A model generated the notes under the pieces. That model saw nothing but the letters and a program-made list of their open reading frames with translations. It made no database searches and was not told where the DNA came from. A DNA stretch of 64,000 bases from Stegostoma tigrinum (taxonomy: Eukaryota). The DNA lies in the NCBI RefSeq assembly GCF_030684315.1, contig NC_081355.1:1054001-1118000 (forward strand), read 5' to 3'. The translations under genes were made by a program, and so were the position numbers. Positions 39,557 to 53,310 of this stretch are shown here, piece after piece. How positions within the stretch are numbered: position 1 is the first letter of the stretch; each line of letters begins with the position of its first letter.

Positions 39557-39890
39557 TATTGATTGCCCATCCCTAACTGCCACTTGAATTGAGTGGCTTG
39601 CTGGAGTCATTTCAGAGGGCAGTTCCAAGTAAACCACTTTGCTATCCCTGGAGTCACATATAAGTCAGACCGGGGAAGGATGGCTAATATCCATCGCTTA
39701 AGAGGAGTGGTGAATCATATTTTGTTTTTAATGACGATGGTTATATCATGACTATTTGGCTAGTTCAATATTCCAAATTTTTAATGAATTTGAATTTCAC
39801 TGTTTGCAGTGATAGAATTCAAACTTGTATTCCCAGAACATTAAGCTGAGGTTCTGGATTATTGGTCCAGTGATATTCCCGTCACCATGT
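39557..39890 (-). mobile_element. tRNA-derived SINE, decayed
   Basis: Similar to 11598-11977. Confidence 0.6.
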
Positions 39891-41419
39891 TAACCGCATC
39901 GGTGTGAAAATTTTCATTCATTCCACGATGTGGTCATAACTGGTAGGGCCAAAAATTACTGTCTATCCTACTTGTGCCTGAGAAGATGTGGGTGAATCAC
40001 TTTCTTGGACTAGTGTAACCCATTGGGCAGAGGTGCGCTAACAATGAGGTCGGGGGAGAGTTCCAGAATTTTGACCCATGACAGTGAAGGAACAGCAATA
40101 TATTTCCAAGTCTGATTGACACTTGGCTTGGAGAGGAACTTCGAGATGGGAGATTTCGCTCAACCACTTCTTGTGGCAGCAAGTACAATGTCCTTACCAG
40201 TATCTTTTAAGAGATAGAGACCATGTACTCATAAATTAAATTTCTCAACACCATTAAAACAAAAACTTTTGGATTTGACCTAGTCTTAAATAGTATAACT
40301 GTTATCAGGTATTATACATTAAAATTACTGTTAAGGAGGTGTGCAAATGTTTACTTTAGAAAGTGACACTCAAACGGATTGAAATCAATCTCCATGACAT
40401 TAAAATTATTGAAATAAATAATGCTGCTGTTAAAAATGCACAAGTATTTATACCAACGTTTGTTATGAATATCACTATGTGTGATTTTCAGCTTAAAATA
40501 GTGACAGACGGGAAGTTTTAGAAAAGGGTTTCCAAAATGATTGATACTCCAGATGGCTACATGTCAACACTAGGAAGGAATAAAAAGGAGTTCTTGGCTT
40601 ATCTAAATATCTTAATACTGGCAGCTACATTAAAATCAAATTAGATTGCTTTTAATCAGATGCAAATTTGCAAGGAAAATGTCATTTAAAACCCAAAAGT
40701 AATGCAACATCATTTGAGAATTTATGTCTGGAATTAAAAGCTATAAGAATTCACAAAACCCATTCAGATCAGGTAATAACTCAGCCTCCACGTTCACCTC
40801 CGGCCATTTCCAACAGATTCCACTTTAGAGGGTACCAGAATTCCCGATGGATTGTTGTCCCACAGAAGTGATGCTGGAGAATGTGATAGTATCTGTGACC
40901 ATGAAATCTACTGACAGCCACCTCAAAAATTCTGTGATAACGCTTCTTTCACCAGCTTGATAAACAGTGGTGCTGTTACTTAAAAGATACACATTGTGAA
41001 AATGTTATGATGATTTATTCCTTCAGGAAATGCCATTGGCAAGGCCAGAGTCCATCACCCAGCTCAAAGTTAGCTGTTTCAGAGATAATGGGAGCTGCAG
41101 ATGCTGGAGAATCCGAGATAACAAAGTGTGGAGCTGGTGCTGCTTGGCCTGCTGTGTTCATCCAGCTCCACACTTTGTTATCTCAAAGTTGTTTCTTTGC
41201 CCATTTCTGAGGGCAGTTATCAATATCTGTGTGGGCCTGGAATTACATATCAGTCACACCATGCAGGGATGTTGGTTTACCTTCCATCAAAGACATTAGC
41301 AAGCCAGACGGGTTTTAATGACAAGCCTGTCGTTAAATACTCACAATTAATAATTCTAGCTTCTTATTCTAGATTTATTTCATTAGTTAAACAGAAATTA
41401 TACAACTGTTTTTCTTTGC

Positions 41420-42870
41420 AGGTTAAAGAAGGTTTCCTCACATTATGGTCCCAAACTTGTCTTATTGACTGTGGTACCTCATTTCATCCTGTTTGCCTAA
41501 AGGTTGTAAGAGGAAGTTCCTGGAATATCCAAGGATCCTGACACTGGCCCCATCTTGGATGGTCAGCTGTGCGTCTGCTTGATGGTATCTCTGGTTGAGG
41601 AATGGGATGTTCTTTATCAATGCTTATCCTTAGGCGAGGTGTTGTGTAATGGAGTTGTCAGTTATGCTCACAGAGAATAGTCCTTGACCCCAGTAAACAT
41701 CCTGCCTGTGAAACACAGCAAGGGCTTTACCCTCCTCAAGGATGTAAACACCAAGGCAGCTCCCAGGGTCGACTTCTAAGATGTAGAACTGATGATCACA
41801 GATGTTTTTCACATTGATGGAATGGCTCTCTTCCTTATTGATGAATTAAGCTGAGTTATGATATGACCATTTAAGTACAGAGTGGTTACAGGCTGTTGTG
41901 TCCTGTGGCTGGGGAAGGCCAGCTTTCTTGGATAACCCTTCTGCCTGGTCTGTAGCACTGGCCCCATCATGGGGTTGTAAGTTGACATGGTGTGATATGT
42001 TTTAATGAGTAATAGACTCAATCTATTTGTGGATTCAGAATTGAGAGATCCAACATAAGCTTGCAGTGGAAGCTTTGGAAAGAGCAGGTTGCATAAAGGT
42101 TCAATGCAGCTATCACATTGGCCAGTGGGATGCGATGATCAACATTCCTTCATGTTGTAAGTCCCACTGCAGCAGTTTGTACAGTTCAGCAAAGCTGCCC
42201 AGGGACACCACCAATCTGCACCAACATTGTGCCTCACTCACCTGGACGAACCAATTTGGGGCAATGGATTCTCAGCCTCCTCTGCACCTTGAGGGTCCTT
42301 CATCTCCTGCATCCTCTTGTGGAAACTGTTCAACAGTTGAAGAAGTTTGCTGCTGGCCCTGGGCTCGCTGGAACATTGTTCCTCATCTCTCTGCAACTTC
42401 ATCGCATCACAGCAACAGTAATGATAACCCCAGCTATAGCGGGATGAATTGGTCATGTAACGGGAGTGTAGGAAACAGAACAGGTAACATTCACAATGCT
42501 CAAAAATCATAGTTTAGCTCATTCCACCACACGACAGGATATGAAGCACTCTGACGAGGTGAGTTATGGAATGCCTGTACATGGCACTTTGACATTGGAC
42601 TTAATAGCACTGAATACAGAACCAGGAATGCAACAAAGAGACAAGAGGAGATTTCAGTGCTACATTAGGACTGAGATCATTCTCCCAGCTCCACATCACC
42701 CAAGAAAGGCATCATTGAAGGTAACAACATGTTACGGAATGCTTACAGTTTAAGGTGACAAAGAGTCCGTGCGATTGGTCAGTGTAGCCTACAAAGTCTT
42801 GTGGTGTCATTTTACCTCGTGGTCCACATCATACAGGGGCTGGTAAGATTCCACCAAAGGTGAAGTGATG
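41420..42870 (-). mobile_element. Possible highly decayed Gypsy-type integrase region
   Basis: Minus-strand fragments VWW.., GGVPGQL, HPTGQCDSCIEPLCNLL and TYHTMSTYNPMMG lie in the order expected for an integrase. The similarity is weak. Confidence 0.3.
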
Positions 42871-42884
42871 TATCCTGCAGGAGA

Positions 42885-44065
42885 AAATTACTGAAGATGC
42901 TGGGATCTGTACTGAAAGCAAAAATGCTGGGAATCACAACTGGTCAGACAGCATCCATGGAGAGAGAGCAAGCTAACATTCTAAGTCTAGATGGCTTTTC
43001 ATCAGAGCTGAAATGAAGTGTGCAGCAGGTAGCATTTATTTAGTGGAGGGGAGAGTTGGCGTGCTAGGGAGAAAGGATGTTGATAGAGATAGTAAGAGCT
43101 GCCTATGCTGAAGTCAGAGACAACACAGTGTGGAGCTGGAGGAACACGGCAGGCCAGGCAGCATCAGAAGAGCAGGGAAGTTGATGCTTCAGCTCCTCTG
43201 ATGCTGCCTAGCCTGCTGTGTTCCTCCAGCTCCATACTGCATTTTTAAAGGGTATTGATAGTTCAGAGTAAGTGATCAGAATGTGTGAATGGCAGAACAA
43301 TGGTGTCTCTAACTACCAGACTAGGAAGAACAAACAGTTCTACTGAATATGTGTGGGGTGGGCGGGGAGGGGGTTGGGGAGAACACCGTGATAGAGTATG
43401 TAACAAGTAAAGCTAAAAGGAAGGGAATGAATGGGAGTGAGTTCACAGAAATGAAGAAGGGTTCAGACCTGAAATGTTAGCTTTCTTGCTCCTGTGATTT
43501 TATCTGGCTGCTGTGTTCCTCCAGCTCCACACTATATTATCTAAGTCTGAAGATAAGATGTTGTTCCCCTAGCTTGCACTTTGATTCACTGGAGCACTGC
43601 AGCATGCCGAGGACAGACATGTGGGCATGTGAGCAGGGCACTGTGTTGGAATAACTGGCAACAGGAAGGTCTTGATCCTGCTTGCACTCTGACCAGAGGT
43701 GTTCTACAAAGTGGTCACCCATTCTGCATTTGGTTTCTCCAGCGTAGTGTAGACCACATTGGGTGCAGTGAATACAATACACAAGGCTGAAGAAGGTAAT
43801 GGTGAAATGCTGCTTCACCTGGCAGGGTGGTTTAGGCCCTTCAATAGTGGGCAGGGAGGATGTGAAGGGGCAGGTGTTGCACCTCCTTCAGTTTCATGGG
43901 AAGGTGCCACATGAAGGGGATTGGTGTTAATGGTTGAGGAATGACCGCAGTCCCTGTGAAATACAGATAGTGGAGTGAAACAGTTTGGTGGTGGTATTCT
44001 GCTGGAGTAGTCTGAAGTGGCGAAGGATGATCCTGTGAATGCAGAGGCCAGTGGGATGAAAAGTG
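42885..44065 (-). mobile_element. Penelope-like element GIY-YIG and 3' region with nested short PLE pieces
   Basis: LVYCIHCTQCGLHYAGETKCRMGDHFVEHL (43537-43818); terminal motif AGCT-CTGATGA...AGCT near 42970-43010. Confidence 0.88.
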
Positions 44066-46279
44066 TACACTTTTGTAGTTAACTTTGTTTCATTAACTCT
44101 TGAGAAAACCAGCAGAAACCTGAAAGAATACATGAAGAGAATCTGGTAATGAGATGAGATTATTGGCTTGTTCATCCTTTGATCAGGAACTGTCTGGCTG
44201 CGAGTTATTCATTTAACAACAACCTAACTGTGCTTATTTAATACGTCTGACAATCACATCTCCCTATCATAATTGTGAATGTTCTGGTTTTGTTGCTGAA
44301 TAATTTTGGACCTAGCTGTTGACAATATATCTACAGTGACCATGTTACTTGCTGTTGACAGCAATGCATTACAAGATTGTTCACAAATACTATTATATCA
44401 CTGCTTTCCGAACACTTCAGCTGAAAATAATGCCCAGCGTTTTATTCTACTGACCTCTGGTGCGCATCGACATGCACGTGCTCGATGTCCTGCCTCATAC
44501 ACTTTTCATTTATTAATCAATCTTGATTATCTGAGAGGGCCTCATCAATTGCTGGTGGATTGAGCAGGTAATGGAGAACCCTAAATTACGATGCCAATCA
44601 CTGCTGTGCAGTTTAAAGAAGCTATTTCAATCCTCAACATGTTATGACGATGGATGAAATGACTGAAACACTCATGGACACAAGAATTTTTTAAGAGGAT
44701 TGATGCAGACAATGGATAACTGCGGGTGTGAATTCTGTGACTGACTAGCAGTCCTATGTGCACCCATGGAACATCACACTGTACAGAGTCAAAACCTCAT
44801 ACATCGGGACCAAAAGGGAGGAGATATATTGAGTTTGAATATGCATAAATGCCGTCCTCAGCAGAAAGTTATCTCCTGCACACATAATGAGCTAAACAAT
44901 CTTCTTCTATTACATAATAGTTCTGCTTTATGTTTTATCCTTCCAGGGGTATACAAAAAATGTAGTTAAAAATGGCTGTGTAACCATTGGTGTCTGTGTG
45001 GCGTGATGTGCAGTGCTCGTGTGCAGAGTATTCTGCTGAGAAAGTCACAGTTTGAAAACCATCATCAAACACACTTGTGTTGTAGGTAAAAAATGAAAAA
45101 CATGATTTCAATCTGAGTGTTGCCAGGCATCAGCTGCCAATAGGATCCCAAACAAAAGAATTCCAAAACATCCGTAAATTCACTTCTCAAACTCTGAGAA
45201 TGTTTTTGCTGCCATCCAATAATGTAGCTATTAAATTCTACTATCCATTCTTCACAAACAATTCAGACTGATTTGTTTTTTTTATCCTTTAAATTAGTTT
45301 CGAACTTGGTTCTTTTTCCTAATGTTTGTGTGTGTATGCGTTGAATTGATATTTCTTCTCAGATGTATAAGTAAGAAACTTGCTCTTTTGTTCACTCACG
45401 AAAACTTGATGAGATTGGCTAGTTTTAAAACGTAAATTAATTTAGTCTCGGAGATAAGTATCTACAAGAGACGGGACTGTTTCAAAATTAGCCGTCTTTC
45501 AAACAGCAAATGGGACAGGTTAATAAAGGAGGCGAACTAGTTCACCTCTCCTCCCTGGGAGCTTAGTGATTCCGAATAACCAGTCTGCAGCCATGTTAAG
45601 TGCAGAATCTCAAACAGTGGTTGATTAGAACAAACCTCAGTAACAATCTCCTTAACAAAAGGCCCTAAATTTCTCTAAGGGTTGTGCTGGCCCTGCATGG
45701 GAGAACACTGAAAAATTTTACATGGATGTATGTACTTTATTGTATTTACTTTACTATTTTGTTACCTGTATTGTTCATGTTAGACCCATATTATTGTGTC
45801 TACAATTACAAAAAATAAGTGAATCTCACTCCCCTGCCTTTCAAAGGTAGTTCTTCCTGATAGGTTGTTGGAACTTCATTCTGGCACTTTTTGTGTTATC
45901 CTCACCACTTGCCTTTCCACATTTTTTTTGTGTCATCCACCAATTTGGTGATCAAACATTCACTTTCCTTATCCAAGTCATTGATATAGATTGCAAATAA
46001 CTGCAGCCTCAGCACTGGTCCATGTAACATATTACAAGTTACAAGTTACCATCCTGAAAGTAACCCCTTTTCCCAACTCTCTGTTTCTTATTGGGTTTAA
46101 GCCCATATAACTTTGTCCTATTACTGGACGAATGTAACACAATGATGGCTGGAAAAGGTTTCAGTGATGACTTAATTAACAATGATATTTTGCTGTGCTG
46201 CAAAGATGTTATGGATATTTACAAAAATAAAACAGCAATGATTTTATTGTTGAGGATGTAATTTCCTTCCTATGGACGA

Positions 46280-46600
46280 GGGAGGCAGCACCACATTGAT
46301 AATGTCATTGGGCTAGCAATTCAATCCCCTAAACCAAAGTTTAAGTAACATGGTTCAAATCCCACACTGGTGCAATTTGAATCCAGTAAAGAATTGTCTT
46401 AATGGTGACCATATAAATAACCATTGATGACTGCCATTTAAAAACCTAACTGGTTCACTAATGTCCTATAGGGAATGACATTTGTTATCCTTATTCAGTC
46501 TAGCCTACAGGTGACTCACAGACCAACAGCAATGTGGTTGAATTTTAACTGCCCTCTGGGCATCTAGTCAGTGATACCTGCATCCTGTGAATAAATAAAC
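46280..46600 (+). mobile_element. tRNA-derived SINE
   Basis: GGAGGCAG head, GGTTCAAATCC B box, family body and GAATAAATAAA tail. Confidence 0.75.
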
Positions 46601-47347
46601 AAATGCTGAAGGAGAATCAGTTGTCTGCGTCCAAGTGAAATGACTGCAACTTTTCTTTGTGGTTTGGGCCAGTTTTTTTTGGGGGGGTGGGGGGTGGGTG
46701 GGGTGCGGTCTGTGCAATCCAGACATTAAATTTCTAAATACTTGACCAAAAGTAAGAATCAATGATTATGCAACCTCCTCAAGTTATCAGACTATTAAAT
46801 GCCTCTGTAGTCAGCTACAGTTACCGTAATGTTAACTATTTTAGCTTGCTCTGAGCGAAATCTATGAAATACAAGCCGTTATATTAAAAAAAATGTTACA
46901 TTAGTTATATTTTTCATACGAAGTTCACCAGTGTTTTAAATATAGCTATTCAATATTTTAGCAAATTGCCTAAAATACATTTTGTATTAAATTATATCCT
47001 CATGTGGTGAGATTATGATTTTCTCAAGATGTAATAGGAGGAATGTGATGTATACCACTATTAACAAGAAAGTATAATCAGACCACCTGGAGTACTTGAT
47101 TTAGTGTGATATGTTTAATTATCTTTATATAAGATAATGCTCATTAGATTGAGGGTTATGAAGAAAATTGCCAGAGGGAATCTGCTTGGTTTCTTTTCAT
47201 TCATATCTTGTGAAATGCCACATATATTTAGTCTCTGTTTTCTTCTGCGCCCTAAATCAATGGAAAATAAAGTTCAAACGTTATTCTGCTTAGTAATGGA
47301 TCATTACTGACTCCTACAGTTGGAAGAAAACACATTATAAGAAGAAG

Positions 47348-47443
47348 AGAGATAACAAAGTGTGGAGCTGGATGAACACAGCAGGCCAAGCAGCATCTCA
47401 GGAGCACAAAAGCTGATGTTTCGGGCCTAGACACTTCATCAGA
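47348..47443 (-). mobile_element. Solo PLE terminus with hammerhead motif
   Basis: Minus strand CTGATGAAGTGTCTAGGCCCGAAACATC; imperfect flanking duplication ending ATAAGAAGAA. Confidence 0.8.
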
Positions 47444-47969
47444 AAAAAACATCATAAGAAGAACTTACTTGAAACAGTTTTGAACAGTTACAATCATCAT
47501 TCTCTGATGCGTTTGGATACAGTTGGTTATTCTCTGCACCATCTCATCAGTATGTTTGTGATCTTTTTGGGTTAGTAGACTCTAAATATTACTGAGGGAC
47601 TCCCTTAGTTAAAGATGTCCTATGATGATTGGCCACAAACAGTCAGAGCTCATGTGTCAAAGAATCATATGAACATTGTATTTAGTTGCTAGGTTCTTAT
47701 CAAGAGATTGTGCTGCACTTTTGCTGATCTCCCTTCACAGATGTATGTCTCCTGTAGAGGCATCTTTGTGTGGATCAGACTGTACAGGTGTTGAAATGAG
47801 TTTTGTTGTACATTGTGCTGCACACTGGAGGATTGGTGACTCTGAGTCATGGTTCCCTGCATTTTGACACCAAGATCCGAAATTTCAGTTCAACTTTGCG
47901 AATGTATTAAGTGATTGATTTGGTTATCTGCCCTGCATCCCTCAGTCTCTTTAGTGTTTGGGCAATCAC

Positions 47970-49646
47970 AAAGAGTCTTTGACTTGATGGTCAGGAAGTC
48001 AATTTTCCAATTAGAGATAATGGGAACTGCAGATGCTGGAGAATCCGAGATAACAAAGTGTGAAGCTGGATGAACACAGCAGGCCAAGCAGCATCTCAGG
48101 AGCACAAAAGCTGACGTTTCGGTCCTTGACCCTTCATCAGAAAAGGGGGATCGGGAGAGGATTCTGAAACAAATAGGCAGAGGGGGGAGGCGGATCGAAG
48201 ATGGATAGAGGAGAAGATAGGTGGAGAGGAGACAGACAATTTAAAGGGGCGGGGATGAAGCCTGTCGAGGTGAGTGTCAGTGGGGAGGTAGGGAGGGGAA
48301 AGGTCAGTCTGGGGAGGACGGGCAGGTCAAGGGGGCGGGACGAGGCCAGCAGGCAGGAAATGGAGGTGTGGCTTGAGGTGGGAGGAGGGAATAGATGAGA
48401 TGAAGAACAGGTTAGGGAGGGGGGTCGAGCTGGGCTGGTTTTGGGATGCAGTGGGGGAAGGGGAGATTTTGAAGCTTGTGAAATCCACATTGATACCATT
48501 GGGCTGCAGGGTTCCCAAGCGGAATATGAGTTGCTGTTCCTGCAATCTTCGGGTGGCATCATTGTGGTACTGCAGGAGGCCCAGGATGGACATGTCGTCG
48601 AAGGAATGAGAGGGGGAGTGGAAATGGTTTGCGACTGGGAGGTGCAGTTTTTTATTGTGAACCGAGCGTAGGTGTTCCGCAAAGCGGCACCCAAGCCTCC
48701 GCTTGGTTTCCCCAATATAGAAGAAGCCACACCGGGTACAGTGGATGCAGTATACCCCATTGGCAGATGTGCAGGCGAACATCTGCTTGAAGTGTAAAGT
48801 CTTCTTGGGGCCTGAGATGTGGGTGAGGGAGGAGGTGTGCGGGCAAGTGCAGCACTTCCTGCGGCTGCATCTGCTGTACCCGTTGTGCCTTCCTCTACGT
48901 GGGGCAAACCAAGTGGAGGCTTGGGGACCACTTTGCAGAACACCTACGCTGTGTTCACAATAAACAACTGCACCTCCCAGTCGTGAACCATTTCAACTCC
49001 CCCTCCTATTCCTTAGATGACATGTCCATCATGGGCCTCCTGCAGTGCCACAACGATGTCACCCAAAGGTTGGAGGAACAGCAACTCATATTCTGCTTGG
49101 GAACCCTGCAGCCCAATGGTATCAATGTGGACTTCACAAGCTTCAAAATCTCCCCTTCCCCTACAGCATCCCAAAACCAGCCCAGCTCGTACCCCCTCAC
49201 TAACCTGTTCATCATCTCATCTACTCCCTCCTCCCACCTCAAGCCGCACCTCCATTTCCTACCTACCAATCTCTTCCCGCCCCCTTTACCTGTTCGTCCT
49301 CCCCAGACTAACCTTTCCCTTCCCTACCTCCCCACTTACACTCATCTTTACCAGCTCCATACCAACCTCTTTAACTTGGCTGTCTCATCTCCACCTATCT
49401 TCTCCTCTATCCATCTTCGATCTGCCTCTCCCTCTCTCCCTTTTTATTTCGGAACCATCTCCTCATCCCCCTTTTCTGATGAAGGATCGAGGCCCGAAAC
49501 GTCAGCCTTTGTGCTCCTGAAATGCTGCTTGGCTTGCTGTGTTCATCCAGCTTCACACTTGGTTATCTCGGATTCTCCAGCATCTGCAGTTCTCATTGTC
49601 TCTAATTGGAAAATTGACTTCCTGACCATCAAGTCAAAGATTCTTT
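47970..49646. mobile_element. Inverted (divergent) pair of Penelope GIY-YIG/3' segments forming a ~1.7 kb imperfect palindrome
   Basis: Left arm (-) GVYCIHCTRCGFFYIGETKRRLG; right arm (+) GQTKWRLGDHFAEHL; junction at ~48868. Each arm ends in a hammerhead motif and the same 43-bp extension. Confidence 0.93.
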
Positions 49647-50461
49647 TGAAAATGAGGCAGGTTGCTTACACTGAATTATATTGGTGCCTGTGTATGAGGG
49701 CTTTGATTTAATTGGGTCAGTTGGGAGGAGCCTCTTCTCTGATTCAGAAGATTGTGGGTTCATGTCCCATTCCAAAGGGTTCAGTACATGATTTATTGTG
49801 AACTGCCTGTGCAGTAATTAGCGAGCATGGCACTGCTGCTCTATGGTGAGATGTTAATCCAAGGCCTTATCTCTCTTCTCAGTTGGAGATATAAGCGTAT
49901 GCAGCATTGTTTGAGGATGAGCTGGAAAGTTCTTCCAGATATCCTAAAGCAGATTTGCCCAGTTTACTTACCCATGGGATCTTTCTGTGCTCCTGGGAGT
50001 TCAAAGGAAGTTTAGTTGAAGGTCTGATTGGGAAGGTAGCAGCTCTGTTAGTGCAGTACTCTCCAGTGTACGGGACTGAAACATCAGCTTCGATTCAGTG
50101 CCTCAGTCTCGGAGGTGACCCGTCATTACGTTCTAAATGTTTGTATTAATTTCTGTACATATCTTCCTGGAACACAATGTCAGCGCAGCAAGTAGAATTT
50201 ATTAGCAGTACTTCTGCTTAAGTGACAATGCAGTCTAACTTAATGTTCTTTAAACAATGTCACCCTCTACTCCTTTCATTCTCAGTCTGTTGATCAAACA
50301 CAGGAAGGCTTAAATAGCACTGCTGCAAATGCGAAAGGAAAAAAGTGCACAATGAGAGCAATACTGCCCATAATAAATTGCAGGTAGGTTAACACCCCAT
50401 CTGCCACTTCAATCACTACCTTCACCACTGTGACAGCATCAACATAATACACTCCACAGCT

Positions 50462-50660
50462 CACAGAGTTATAGAGTCATACAGCACAGAAATCGACCTT
50501 ATGGTCCAACCAGTCCATGCCAACTATAATCCCGAACTAATCCAGCCCCGCCTGCCTGCTCTTGACCTTTATACCTCTTATTCCTGTTCATGTCCCTGTC
50601 CAAATGTCTTTTTAATCTTGTAACTATACTTGCATCCACCACTTCATCTGGCAAATGCAT
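50462..50660 (-). mobile_element. CR1 3' fragment
   Basis: AGAGTTATAGAGTCATA tail plus 3'UTR. Confidence 0.75.
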
Positions 50661-53059
50661 TTTAATTTCAAGTTTTTGATTGTAAAAGAGCCAAAATGAA
50701 TCACAATAAAAATCTTATACCAATGAAATGTAACAACTCTAAGAAATCCTGTAATCTCAGGATCAGCTGCAAGATCCACTGTGAGTCCACCAGTTTTGAC
50801 CTCACACCCATGATCCTGACTCCCCACCATCCCCAAGGAGAACAAAGCATGTGGCACTGGCATTATAGTAACTTCCTGATCAAGTCCTTCCTGATTTATA
50901 AATTTAACTTTATTGCCTGAGGTTCAAATTTGTGAAAATCCATTTATAAAACTCCATGGGTGTGCCAACATCATACGGCCTGCAGTGATTCAGGAAATGA
51001 GTTACGACTTCCCTCTCAAAAGCAATGATGGATAGGCAATTTTGATATCCTGTGAATGAATGAAGAAAGGGAACAGCAGAAATTGCACCATTACAATTGC
51101 TGAGAATTTCTAGGAATGGTGGCAGAATTAGTAAGTTCTGCCATTGGTTTAGCTGGTTTGAGCCCCAGTTTCCCATCACCAGTTTACGGTGTAATTATCT
51201 GGATAATAAATCAGCTTTTGCTGTATTACACTGCAATTGATTACATCTATTTTGGTTACTCATTTTAATGCTTTCAAATCGGTAACAGCAGATCCATGAT
51301 TTTTTTTCATTGTACATGAAATAAAGTTAGATATATTTCAATATTTATTGCATTTAAACATAAATGTAATAAATGCAAATATAATAAATAATACTCTAGT
51401 TTGTGTCTGCATTATTCCCAGGTGTAAATGTCTACAGTTCTGTTGTTCAGATTGTTATCGCTGTAAATCTGACAGGTCATGAGGAGTGTCAGGTTTCAAG
51501 TGGCAATTTGCATTATACATTACCTTTGTATTGACTATGGATAATCAAGTCCTGCTAGAGCTCCAATCAGCTATAATACGTTTTGTATTAAACAGGCATT
51601 CTGCTGTGCTATCCACTAAAAAAACAAGAACTGTCTGTTGTTAATCATGCCCTTATTCAGAACAAAGCTGATCAACACAAATGACTCAGACTGCAAGTGT
51701 TAATCAACCTTGACACCGCACTTGTGCATTATTTCTAGGGGTTGCTAAAAGTAGAGATGCTTCCTCACTACAACATTAGCAGACTCTCCCTTCGGGAATC
51801 AACTGTTCCCTGGTGGTGACAGAAACTAATAACGTAGAAGTCTGCAGCACTCCATTAAGATAAAGTGAAGCTTCTCAGTGTTTATTCACTGCATTGTAAC
51901 CTCTGCTATTTACAAATCAGAGCTGAAGGACAGCACTTGGGATGTAATGAAAACAGTCCAAACTCTCAATCGGCATTTTCCATGGCTACATTATTTGGAC
52001 ATCAGTCAGTATTTTAATGCACTGAAAGCTTTCACTTGGGAACTAAATATATGCTCTAAATAATTTGTAATATAAATAGTGCATTCTGTAATTTTAAAAC
52101 ATGCTATTTCACAACAATTTAAATAACTAAAGGGATAAAAACAAAACATTCATTGGTCATGATTAAATTGTTTTGGACAAACAGGGTTAATTCAGCTGAT
52201 TCTCACTCTTGCTATGATTTGCAAGTTTTAATGAGTCAGTTTCTTCATAAATCAAGGTAGATTCTGCAGTTGTAATTGTGAAACATGATTTATCTATTGT
52301 GTAGAATTAAATTTCTCAACAGTTACAATGGTCAAATTCAAAATACATTGAAATACCTTCTGTCAGGCCACGTCAATGGATAGTAAAGGAGTTGCATGCT
52401 TTTTCCTTTCTGCCTGTTTGGTAGAATGTAAAATATCTTAGAACACTACTTAACAGAACTTTTCTAGACCTGGCTAACACTTCACCTTCAAATGAAATTC
52501 ACAAACAGGTCTTAATTTTTGGAACATTACTGTGCAGTTTTGTTTTGCTGTATTTGCCAAACTGTTTTACTATAGTATAATAAACAAACATAAAGTTTCT
52601 AGAGAATCCCCGAAGTTGTGATGAAACATGATCAATCCAAACTCTCTTCTCTTCCTTAAGCAGATTACTGAAGTAAATGTCATGACATATTGAAGCTAAA
52701 TATGCTCCAATACTCGAATGATGCTACAAAATGTAAATAGGTTTCATAAATATAAGGGCAGGCATTCATTCCATCTTCTGTTTGCAGTCATAACTTTGAA
52801 GTGAGAGAATTCAGAGGTATTTCAAAAAGATACAAAATTTTTTTTTAGATATCCTTATTTACAACTTAGTAATATGTAGCTTAATTCTTTCATAGTTGAA
52901 TTCAAAAACATTATAATTGATGATTATTCAAAAAGAAGACTTGGGAATATATTTTATCAAAAATTACTGAGTCATTTTCAGGGTGTGTCATGCAGGTTTC
53001 TTGTGAGACAATTCTACACAGTTTGCTTCATTGTACATGCCCCACGATCTTCATGGCAC

Positions 53060-53310
53060 CTGCACTCTTGCTTTCGTGAGATTAGCAACAGTGAAATGTT
53101 CACGGCTCCAGAACCTTCCAGAGTTCCTGCTACACGTACCAAATTTAGACCCTAGTTGCACACCGTACCAAATCTTGCCAACGTCCTCAAAAGTAGCAAG
53201 ATGGGTTCGCATGGAGTCAATTTCCTGGAGGAATTATCAGCAATGTTGCAAATTGGTTCATAACTATCTGAATTCTGTGGCAGTATGTGCCACCAACTTC
53301 TCTCTGCTAC
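53060..53310 (+). mobile_element. Harbinger-like Myb/SANT relic, very decayed
   Basis: KVARWVRMESISWRNYQQCCKLVHNYL fits the VA..V.....R...QC.K..NDL helix. Confidence 0.4.

Noticed and set aside
45000-45600. Solo LTR (also suspected at ~3200-3530, ~4200-4360 and ~53760-54290)
   Set aside because: Composition is suggestive, but I could not establish TG..CA ends with a TSD, so it is not called.
48137-49711. 268-270 aa ORFs as genes
   Set aside because: Read-through of Penelope GIY-YIG and C-rich terminal sequence, partly in the wrong frame.
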